Source: Nanobdellota archaeon
GTDB lineage: Archaea; Nanobdellota; Nanobdellia; Pacearchaeales; GW2011-AR1
Reading direction: 5' to 3'
DNA: 64,000 nt
Assembly: GCA_022703705.1 (NCBI GenBank)
Contig: JAKLDD010000001.1
Coordinates: 2,657-66,656 of the forward strand
The notes below the pieces were generated by a model. It was not told where the DNA came from, ran no database searches, and saw only the letters and a program-made list of their open reading frames with translations. Below, piece by piece: positions 19,140-30,047 of the stretch; the stretch's first letter is position 1, and each line of letters begins with the position of its first letter. The position numbers and the translations under genes are program-made.

Positions 19140-19417
19140 ATAATTTTTTCCCCTCGATGATCTTCTATTTTATTATCGAAAACCTCCGCGAAAGGTTTAT
19201 AAAGCTCATTTTTTTGGTGTATTCTGTTAATTAAGATGAGTGCCTTAACAATATACAAAAATTCTAAGGTATGAAGTATGTAGAAGCAGTCATCTATTTG
19301 TAATTTTTATCAACCAATTTTTATGTTCAAAGCCGATAGTTAGGAATAATGTGTGAAGTGATTTCTTTTCTTATATAGAAATCGCGTAAATTCGATTTAT
19401 AGTCGATATTTATCTAA

Positions 19418-20862
19418 ATCCAGTTGATCCTGCTGGCGGCTGCGGCTCTCTGGTTTGCGTTTAGACATGCAAGTCTTTTTGTTTCTTCGGAAGTGAAAGG
19501 CGAACTGCTCAGTAACACGTAGCTAACCTGCCCTTAAGTCAAGGATACTCTCGGGAAACTGAGGTTAATACTCGATAGGAGATGTACCCTGGAATGATTC
19601 ATCTCTCAAACTCGTGCTTAAGGATGGGGCTGCGGCGGATTAGGTTGTTGGCGGGGTAATGGCCCACCAAGCCAATGATCCGTAAGGGCTCTTAGCGGAG
19701 AGGCCCTGAGAGGGAATCTTAGACACTATTCCCAGCCCTACGGGGTGCAGCAGTTAGGAATCTTCTGCAATGCGCGCAAGCGTGACAGATTGAGCCAGAG
19801 TGCTTTTCAATTGAAAAGCTTTTGTCAAATGTAAAAAGTTTGACGAATAAGGACTGGGTAAGACGAGTGCCAGCCGCCGCGGTAATACTCGCGGTCCAAG
19901 TCGCAGCCATCTTTATTGGGTATAAAACATCCGTAGCTTGCTTAATAAGTTTCTTGTGAAATTTCATATCTCAAATATGGAGCGTGCAAGAAGTACTGTT
20001 GAGCTAGAGACTGGAAGACGTAAGAAGTACGTTTGGAGTAGCGGTAAAATGTGTTAATCCCAGACGGACTAACAACAGCGAAGGCATCTTACGAGGACAG
20101 TTCTGACAGTAAGGGATGAAGGCTAGGGGCGCGAAACGGATTAGATACCCGTGTAGTCCTAGCAGTAAACACTGCACACTAAACATTAGTACCTCCTCGA
20201 GAGGTATTAGTGCTGAAGAGAAGTCGAAGAGTGTGCTACCTGGGAAGTATAGTCGCAAGGCCGAAACTTAAAGGAATTGGCGGGGAGACACTACAACGGG
20301 TGACGCGTGCGGTTCAATTAGATTCTACACCGTGAACCTCACCAGGAGCGACAGCAGAATGAAGGTCAGTCTAAAGGGCTTACCTGACACGCTGAGAGGA
20401 GTTGCATGGCCGACGTCAGCCTGTGCCGTGAGGTGACCTGTTAAATCAGGTAACAGGCGAGACCCACATACATATTTACTATTTGTACAATATGTAGATT
20501 GCCGTGGTAACATGGATGAAAGTGTGGGCTACGTTAGGTGAGTACAGCCTGAATCCCCTGGGCAACACGCGCGCGTCAACGGTGGATACAACGGGATGCA
20601 ACTCTGTAAAGAGAAGCCAATCCCTTAAAGTCCATCTCAGTCTAGATTGAGGTTTGAAACCCAGCCTCATGACACCGGAATCCGTAGTAATCGTTTGTTA
20701 TCAGCGAACGGTGAATATGTCACGGTCTCTTGCACACACTGCCCGTCAAACCAACCGAGTTATGTTATGGTGAAACTTTTCGAAGGAGAACCTTGACATG
20801 ACAAGGTAGGTTAAGTCGTCACAAGGTAACTGTAGGGGAACCTGCAGTTGGATTACCTCCTA
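19418..20862 (+). rRNA. rrs: 16S ribosomal RNA
   Basis: 5' ATCCAGTTGATCCTGCTGGC; internal GTGCCAGCCGCCGCGGTAATAC; 3' GGATTACCTCC anti-SD end. Confidence 0.9.
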
Positions 20863-20967
20863 TATTTATTATTAAAATTGGCAAATTCAAATTGACTTTC
20901 TACATACTCATCTTATTACAGAAAACTTAAAAAACCCATGCGGGCTAAAATAAATGTATGCGGTTTT

Positions 20968-21003
20968 CATAATTTCCGTCGGAGGCAATGAGAGAAATTA
21001 TCT
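20968..21003 (+). other. ITS hairpin with a CGTCGGAGGCAATGAGAG loop
   Basis: ATAATTTC...GAAATTAT inverted repeat preceded by GGTTTT; a paralogous hairpin lies at 21530-21563. Confidence 0.4.
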
Positions 21004-21053
21004 TTCGGTGTCTAGAGGGAAGCTTACAAAAAGAAACCGCAAGGTGTCTTTTG

Positions 21054-21124
21054 GGGCTCTTAGTCCAACGGTAGAACACTTGCCTTGCACGCATGAGATC
21101 CGGGTTCGACTCCCGGAGAGTCCA
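21054..21124 (+). tRNA. tRNA-Ala (anticodon TGC) in the 16S-23S spacer
   Basis: Cloverleaf folded by hand: acceptor GGGCTCT/AGAGTCC, T-arm CCGGG-TTCGACT-CCCGG, anticodon loop CTTGCAC; CCA not encoded. Confidence 0.85.
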
Positions 21125-21529
21125 TTCAAACAAAAGTTTTCTGTATAAGATTAATTAACTGACAATAATCAAACAAACACAACGGAGAAAAACAAAATGA
21201 CAAAAACAATGTTAGAAAAAATCAAAGGAATGAATATTCCAGTTGGAGCTCCAATTGAAATTACTAATAAAGATGGAAATAAGGAATTAAGATATTTTGG
21301 GGGGTTTACAAGTCATGATGATACCATTTGGGCTGGATTAAAAAATAATAGATATAATCCACTAAAACTATCAAATTTAGAAAATATAGATAGGCGATAT
21401 TACAAAAAATAAATCACAATCACAAATCATATTCACATCACGTGAAAAATCAGCTGATAAAATATCAGCACTGGTTCCGAAGCAACTTTCGGAATCAATT
21501 TGAGAATAAGCAAAACAATTCAAGGTTTT

Positions 21530-21563
21530 GCGATTTCCTTCGGAGGCAACTCCAGAAATCGCT
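21530..21563 (+). other. ITS hairpin with a CTTCGGAGGCAACTCCA loop
   Basis: GCGATTTC...GAAATCGC inverted repeat preceded by GGTTTT; paralogue of the hairpin at 20968-21003. Confidence 0.4.
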
Positions 21564-21684
21564 GTTCAGCGATTAGAGGAAAATCGAAAAAAACCAGCAG
21601 GTTGTTTTCATATTCAATGAAATAAGTAACAGAAAATCCCACTTAATAATAATGAAAATTATAATTTAATTTTCAGGCATACTA

Positions 21685-24483
<2,799 letters not shown>

Positions 24484-24585
24484 CATTTTTAGTATACCTG
24501 AAAATTGGATTTTCTGTTACTTATTTATTTGATTTTTATTTCTGATATAATAATACTTAAATACTATTTTTTTATTTTATATATC

Positions 24586-24873
24586 ATGAAAAGACTTGAA
24601 CAAAAAATTCTACTTCAAATAAAACTTAATAGTTTATGTTATCCAATCATAGATTATCAAAAAAAATATGGAAAAGATGACCCCACAATTAACTTGGCAA
24701 AAGGGGAAATTGAAAAGTTTAATTTTGCAGGGGGAAATAGTAGACTACATGTGGGGGGGAGAGTAAACAAAATAACTTGGGAAGGTGAACTGGAATATGG
24801 CACCATCTGGGTACAACTTGGAGGAGATTATTTTAAGCAAATTTCAAAAGTTGAGGATTCAAGAACCTGTTAA
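24586..24873 (+). CDS. hypothetical protein
   Basis: Internal Met of the 24505 ORF chosen to avoid overlap with the 23S 3' end. Confidence 0.3.
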   Translation: MKRLEQKILLQIKLNSLCYPIIDYQKKYGKDDPTINLAKGEIEKFNFAGGNSRLHVGGRVNKITWEGELEYGTIWVQLGGDYFKQISKVEDSRTC

Positions 24874-25001
24874 TGTCTCTTACTTATTTATTTGATTTCT
24901 AAAAATATATTTTAACATTACTAATAAAGACTAAGATATGTTGTTATCAAAAAGAGGTAACAAATAGAAAGATTTAAATAGATTAAATTGATTGATTTGT
25001 T

Positions 25002-25241
25002 ATGGAAAACAAAGAATCTTATACCTACAATGAAGTCAAGGAAATGTTTAATCTCTATAAAGAATTAGATCAAAATCTTTCAATTGTATCTGCAGTTAAT
25101 TCTGGAGATCCACGATTTGATTGCGAAAATGAGAAAAAAAGACTAAAGGAACTCATGCCTCTTTACAAAAAAACATTTACTAAAGAACTTAGAAAAATAT
25201 TAGGTATCAATTTAAAAGATTTAGAAGCATTAATAAGATAA
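25002..25241 (+). CDS. hypothetical protein
   Basis: 79-aa ORF. Confidence 0.35.
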   Translation: MENKESYTYNEVKEMFNLYKELDQNLSIVSAVNSGDPRFDCENEKKRLKELMPLYKKTFTKELRKILGINLKDLEALIR

Positions 25242-25248
25242 ATTCCTT

Positions 25249-25413
25249 TTAAACCTTTTCAATTATTATTTTTTCTTTCTCTGTTCTAATAAATAAATCT
25301 TCTCCTTCTTTAAATCCTACTTCTTTAATTTTATTTTCTGGTATTATAATAACATATTTTGAATATTCTTTTTTCCCAACTTTTCTGCTCACCTGTTTTT
25401 GTAATTTAGCCAT
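25249..25413 (-). CDS. AbrB/MazE/SpoVT-like small DNA-binding protein (54 aa); candidate controller of the adjacent R-M genes
   Basis: Hand translation MAKLQKQVSRKVGKKEYSKYVIIIPENKIKEVGFKEGEDLFIRTEKEKIIIEKV fits the swapped-hairpin IPK.IR..LGI.EGD.L pattern; divergent from the methyltransferase gene; below the ORF-track length cutoff. Confidence 0.4.
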   Translation of the reverse strand: MAKLQKQVSRKVGKKEYSKYVIIIPENKIKEVGFKEGEDLFIRTEKEKIIIEKV

Positions 25414-25467
25414 AATTATATTGTAGGTACCAAATATTTATAAACCTTTGGGTATTATTAAAATAAA

Positions 25468-26454
25468 ATGAAAATAGCATCTTTCTTTTCTGGAGCAGGG
25501 GGATTAGATTTAGGTTTTACTAATGCGGGATTTAAATTAGCTTTTGCGAACGATAATTGGGGTGGTTGCTGGGAAACATTTGAAAAAAATCATGGAATAA
25601 CTATTAATAAAAAATCTATTACAGATTTAAGTTCAGAAGAGATTCCAGAAGTTGTTGGATTTGTTGGTGGACCTCCTTGTCAAAGTTGGAGTTTAGCAGG
25701 AAGAATGGAAGGAATAAAAGACCCAAGAGGTCAGTTATTTTATAATTATATAAAGTTAATAAAAGAAAAGCAACCCTTATTTTTCCTTGCCGAAAATGTT
25801 GCAGGTATTCTTTCTCCAAAACATTATCCAGAATTTATGAAGATTATTAAAGAATTTGAAAAAATTGGTTACAAGGTATCATATAAACTTCTTGATGCAA
25901 AATTCTTTAATGTACCTCAAGAAAGAAAAAGGGTTATTGTTGTAGGATACCACCATAAACTTGGTAAAGAATTTGAATTTCCTAAAGCAAGTTTAAGATT
26001 GTTTACATTAAAAGAAGCAATAGGTGATTTATCAAAACCAATTCCTGCAAGTGAAAGAAATAAGTCTAATGGAAAATTAAGTGTTCCAAATAACGAATAT
26101 ATGAATGGGGGATTTTCAACAATCTATATGTCAAGAAATCGTGTAAGAGGATGGAATGAACAGTCATTTACTATACAAGCAGGGGGAAGACATGCACCAA
26201 TACATCCTCAAGCACCTAAGATGAAATTTATAGAGCAGAATAAGAGGGAGTTTGTAAAAGGAAGTGAACACCTATATAGAAGATTATCCGTTAGAGAATG
26301 TGCAAGGATACAAACTTTCCCAGATGATTTCATTTTTTATTATACTGATATTGCAGACGGATACAAAATGATTGGTAATGCTGTTCCTGTAAAGTTTGCA
26401 GAAGTAATTGCAAAAAAGATTATGGAAGATTTAAAAGAATTAAAAGCTAAATGA
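25468..26454 (+). CDS. DNA (cytosine-5)-methyltransferase
   Basis: Motif I FSGAGGLDLGF, motif IV GGPPCQSWS and motif VI ENV. Confidence 0.9.
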   Translation: MKIASFFSGAGGLDLGFTNAGFKLAFANDNWGGCWETFEKNHGITINKKSITDLSSEEIPEVVGFVGGPPCQSWSLAGRMEGIKDPRGQLFYNYIKLIKEKQPLFFLAENVAGILSPKHYPEFMKIIKEFEKIGYKVSYKLLDAKFFNVPQERKRVIVVGYHHKLGKEFEFPKASLRLFTLKEAIGDLSKPIPASERNKSNGKLSVPNNEYMNGGFSTIYMSRNRVRGWNEQSFTIQAGGRHAPIHPQAPKMKFIEQNKREFVKGSEHLYRRLSVRECARIQTFPDDFIFYYTDIADGYKMIGNAVPVKFAEVIAKKIMEDLKELKAK

Positions 26455-27294
26455 GATTAATTTTGCATCTATATTCTTTGCAGTATCATTAGGATTTGAT
26501 ATTGCTATGTCTTTAATCTGAATAGATTTATTGATTTCAATTCTTTTTCTGTCCTCTGATGGAAAAGAGTTATATTTTTCTTTTTCCATTATAACAAATA
26601 GAGAAAATTCTTTTGTAGCATCAAAGTCTATAGTTTTAGAGAAAACTTCTTTTGGATTCTCTATGTTCCACATACCTCTTATTCTTAAAGAAGTTATACC
26701 AAGAGGGTCAACCTTATCAACACCCCCTAATTCTACAGTCTCTTTACTTTTTAGTTTATTTTTTGAAAGAACTTCTTCTATTTCCTTTTTCAAGGAACTA
26801 TGGAGATTATCATAAACAGAATGATTTGCACAATAACATTTACCTTGAACAAAGAAGAGATATTTCATTTTCTGTGTTTTATCTACAGAACCAACGATAT
26901 AGAAAATATCCTTTTCTTTCCAATTCTCTTCACATTTTCTACATTCTGAGGTTAATCTTGGGTCTGTAATAAGGAGTGTACTTTTTGGAGGAGAACTATT
27001 TAATGCAAGAGAACTGTTAATTCCTTCTATCTTCTTTGTTTCAAAGGCATCTCCTCCTCTTATTATCAAATCAGGAGGATTGTTTTGACTTCCTTGCCAA
27101 GAGAATATTCTCTTATACTCTGCTTCTTTTTCTTGTTGGGTCTTTCTGAAAGTTCCCGCAATTGCATCCAAGACATAAAACTCTAATTTATCTCCCACAG
27201 CATTTATTCTGATAAGGTATTTAGTAGCATACTTTTTTAGGTTATTTTCCCTAAAAGAAGCAATGTTATCAATTGCTTTGAGGATATTTGGCAT
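26440..27294 (-). CDS. putative type II restriction endonuclease
   Basis: Convergent with the m5C methyltransferase with a 15-nt 3' overlap; PPDLIIRGGDAFETKK resembles a PD-(D/E)XK core. No confident family assignment. Confidence 0.45.
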   Translation of the reverse strand: MPNILKAIDNIASFRENNLKKYATKYLIRINAVGDKLEFYVLDAIAGTFRKTQQEKEAEYKRIFSWQGSQNNPPDLIIRGGDAFETKKIEGINSSLALNSSPPKSTLLITDPRLTSECRKCEENWKEKDIFYIVGSVDKTQKMKYLFFVQGKCYCANHSVYDNLHSSLKKEIEEVLSKNKLKSKETVELGGVDKVDPLGITSLRIRGMWNIENPKEVFSKTIDFDATKEFSLFVIMEKEKYNSFPSEDRKRIEINKSIQIKDIAISNPNDTAKNIDAKLISFSF

Positions 27295-27529
27295 AAAAAA
27301 CTTAAGAACTACATATTTTTAACCCTTTACTTTTCGGACACTATTCGGATAAAAGAAAAACTATCCGTTTACTTTGAAACTATTCGGACTGTATTTTCTT
27401 TCTGCAAACATTTAAAAACAATCATTTTTAATTTATTTTAGACATAGAATGGTAGATTCAGTGATTTAATGTGATTTCGCGGTTCGCTAATTCTAAGTTA
27501 TATATGAATGTAAGGAGGATATAATAAAA

Positions 27530-27889
27530 ATGAAAGTATATGTAGGAAATCTGCCTTTCAGCGTTGACGATGAAAAACTAAGAGAATTATTCTCATCTTA
27601 TGGTGAGATAGAAGAATCTTCAGTTATCAAAGACAAATTTTCCGGAAGATCAAAGGGATTTGGTTTCGTAACATTCAAAAACGACGATGAAGCTAAAAAA
27701 GCAATTGAAGCTATGAATGAGAAAGAAGTTGAAAGTAGAGCTCTAAAGGTTAATGAAGCTAAACCTCTTGACCCAGACGCACCAAGACCTCCAAGAAGAA
27801 ATTTCGGAGGAAATAATAGAAGAGGCGGTTTTGGCGGTGGGCAAAGAAGAGATTTTGGAAACAGTGGCGGAAATAGAAGAAGATTTTAA
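27530..27889 (+). CDS. glycine/arginine-rich RNA-binding protein with one RRM domain
   Basis: RNP-2 VYVGNL and RNP-1 KGFGFVTF; C-terminal RRNFGGNNRRGGFGGGQRRDFGNSGGNRRRF; AAGGAGG Shine-Dalgarno 12 nt upstream. Confidence 0.8.
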   Translation: MKVYVGNLPFSVDDEKLRELFSSYGEIEESSVIKDKFSGRSKGFGFVTFKNDDEAKKAIEAMNEKEVESRALKVNEAKPLDPDAPRPPRRNFGGNNRRGGFGGGQRRDFGNSGGNRRRF

Positions 27890-27996
27890 TTAGAAATCAA
27901 TTCTGTCCAAAATCAAATAAATTTATTTTTTTATTTTTAAAATATTAACTTTAATCACAATAATTCTTTTAAAAGAAGTATTGCAAAATGATTTAA

Positions 27997-28350
27997 ATGA
28001 TACGAGATAGCATCCTCAAAACAAAATATGGAGATTCTTACATAGTAAGAGAATATAATAATGGGGAGATTGTTTTTGTCCTTAATGAAAGTCTATCTTT
28101 TATTCTTAGAAAATATGATGATGAAATCTTAAAGAAATTTAAGAGGATGCATGATTGCTTAAATGAATTAATGGATATATTCGAGAATCCAACTATAGGT
28201 GATGTTACAATGCCGGGGTTTGAATTGCTTTTGCAAAAAACAAACAAGGCATTAGAGCGCTATGAGAGATTTGTTCCTGAAGAATTTAGAGAGAAATTAT
28301 GTTTTGATAAAAATAAACTAGAAGATTTAATATTATCTATCAAAAAATAA
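27997..28350 (+). CDS. hypothetical protein
   Basis: 117-aa ORF with the ATCACAATAATTCTTTTAAAAG element upstream. Confidence 0.4.
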   Translation: MIRDSILKTKYGDSYIVREYNNGEIVFVLNESLSFILRKYDDEILKKFKRMHDCLNELMDIFENPTIGDVTMPGFELLLQKTNKALERYERFVPEEFREKLCFDKNKLEDLILSIKK

Positions 28351-28364
28351 TTTTATAATGGTTG

Positions 28365-28559
28365 TTAATTTAACTTAAAAACATCCTCAATCTTTTTTTG
28401 TTTGAGGGCATTAGTTATTTTATGAGCAAGTAATAAAGAAGGATTATATTTTCCCTGTTCAAGAACAAGAATTGTTTGTCTTGTTACTCCAACTAGTTCT
28501 GCGAGCTCTTCCTGAGTTATATTTAACTTTTTTCTGTAGAATGCAATCTTGGTTTTCAT
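28365..28559 (-). CDS. XRE-family helix-turn-helix transcriptional regulator
   Basis: [31 protein letters not shown] Cro/C1-type HTH. Confidence 0.75.
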   Translation of the reverse strand: MKTKIAFYRKKLNITQEELAELVGVTRQTILVLEQGKYNPSLLLAHKITNALKQKKIEDVFKLN

Positions 28560-28563
28560 GTTA

Positions 28564-28953
28564 TTAGATTTTCTTATAATAGTAATATTTGAACAAAATT
28601 ACATAAAGAAAGAGCAGACTGCATCCAAGATAAGACAAAACATAGCCTGTTATCAAATATTGAGGATATGCTTCTCTTAATGCAATTAAAACCATTCCTG
28701 CTAATGCCATTAATATTACCGATATTGTAAAAACAGCTTTTGAGGCATTTCCAGCAACAATCTCTATTCTTTCGTCTGTAAGGGTTGCATCTACATTCTT
28801 TTTAAGAAAAAACATTAAAACAATAGCCACTAAAAATGCTGCTAAAGGTATTAAAAAATTCCCTGCTGTAACAAAGCTGCCTACTATACTTGCTAAAAGC
28901 ATGACTATAAGTAACTTGTATATTCTGTATTGTCTATACTTTATTTTCTTCAT
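28564..28953 (-). CDS. membrane protein (DUF2178-like) paired with the XRE regulator
   Basis: Four predicted TM segments; immediately upstream and co-directional with the HTH gene. Confidence 0.45.
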   Translation of the reverse strand: MKKIKYRQYRIYKLLIVMLLASIVGSFVTAGNFLIPLAAFLVAIVLMFFLKKNVDATLTDERIEIVAGNASKAVFTISVILMALAGMVLIALREAYPQYLITGYVLSYLGCSLLFLYVILFKYYYYKKI

Positions 28954-29051
28954 GTAAGAAATATATTACATCAACTATTTAAATGTTTCTATTTATGTAA
29001 GAAATATGTTACATTAAAAAAATTAATAAAAAAGAAAAAGTGTATTTAGGA

Positions 29052-29273
29052 TTATTTTCTCTTCCTGTAAGTGTAATTTCTTATCAATTTTGCTACACCT
29101 ATTGCAAGTACTGCTAATGCAATAACCCAAGCTGCCCAAGTATCTGAAAGACTTATCAAGGCAACTCCTGGTGCAGCCAATACAAGCAATAAACCTAACA
29201 AAGTTACGAGCAATGCTGTTATTTTTGCCATATTTTTAACCTCCTTTTTTTCTCTTTTTTGATTATGGAACAA
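29052..29273 (-). CDS. small hydrophobic protein
   Basis: 73 aa with two TM segments. Confidence 0.3.
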   Translation of the reverse strand: MFHNQKREKKEVKNMAKITALLVTLLGLLLVLAAPGVALISLSDTWAAWVIALAVLAIGVAKLIRNYTYRKRK

Positions 29274-29302
29274 GGTAAATAGGATATAAAAAGCTTATTA
29301 AA

Positions 29303-29806
29303 TTAACCAAAAGCGACAAGAATATTAAGGATTGAAGCAAAAGCCACCCATATTAGATAAGGCAATAATAACCAAGAAGATTTTTTGCTTATTTTATTTA
29401 CTCCAACAATAATTGCAAGAATAGAGAACCATAACAAAATTATCTCAAAAAATGCTATCTGAGTAAATTTCAGTTCAAAAAACAAAATGCTCCATAAAAT
29501 ATTTAGAATAAAATTTATACCAAATAATAACCCAACTAATTTCTTCTGTTTTTTATTCTTTGTCTCAATCCAAGCATAATACAAGGAAAAAGTTATAAGA
29601 ATAAATAAAATATTCCAGACAACTGGGAAAACCCAATTTGGGGGAGTTATACTTGGTTTTATTGTATAATACCAAAGAGTATCTGTATTTTTAGCAGTAA
29701 ATAGACTTCCAATTCCCCCCAACAAAAGAAAAACAGCCATGAAACAAAATAAAAAAACAATTCTATTATATTTTCTTTTGTTTTTTTTCTTATATTTTAT
29801 TTTCAT
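29303..29806 (-). CDS. tspO: TspO/MBR-family tryptophan-rich sensory protein
   Basis: KPSITPPNWVFPVVWNILF and LLPYLIWVAFASILN match the TspO PxWxPPxWVF and LPYLIW signatures. Confidence 0.75.
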   Translation of the reverse strand: MKIKYKKKNKRKYNRIVFLFCFMAVFLLLGGIGSLFTAKNTDTLWYYTIKPSITPPNWVFPVVWNILFILITFSLYYAWIETKNKKQKKLVGLLFGINFILNILWSILFFELKFTQIAFFEIILLWFSILAIIVGVNKISKKSSWLLLPYLIWVAFASILNILVAFG

Positions 29807-29823
29807 AGCTTAAGTTTATTTGT

Positions 29824-30006
29824 TTATTTTCTTTTGAATATCTTTGTTATTGCAAAAAGAAGAAATCCAATACCCATTCCAATGAAAAGCCCAGCAACAA
29901 GATCACCAAATAAAAATCCAAAACCCATTCCCAAAAAAATTCCTGCTGGAATAAACAATGCCCCAAATTCCTCTTTTTTCTTTTTTTCTAAAGTTTTTTT
30001 TACCAT
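29824..30006 (-). CDS. small membrane protein
   Basis: 60 aa with two TM segments. Confidence 0.3.
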   Translation of the reverse strand: MVKKTLEKKKKEEFGALFIPAGIFLGMGFGFLFGDLVAGLFIGMGIGFLLFAITKIFKRK

Positions 30007-30047
30007 TTTATCCCCTTTTTAATAAATAAATTAGCAAAATCTTCTTT

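Noticed and set aside
24484-25000. Searched for a 5S rRNA immediately downstream of the 23S gene
   Set aside because: The region is extremely AT-rich and shows no 5S-like helices or conserved loops. The 5S gene is probably encoded elsewhere.
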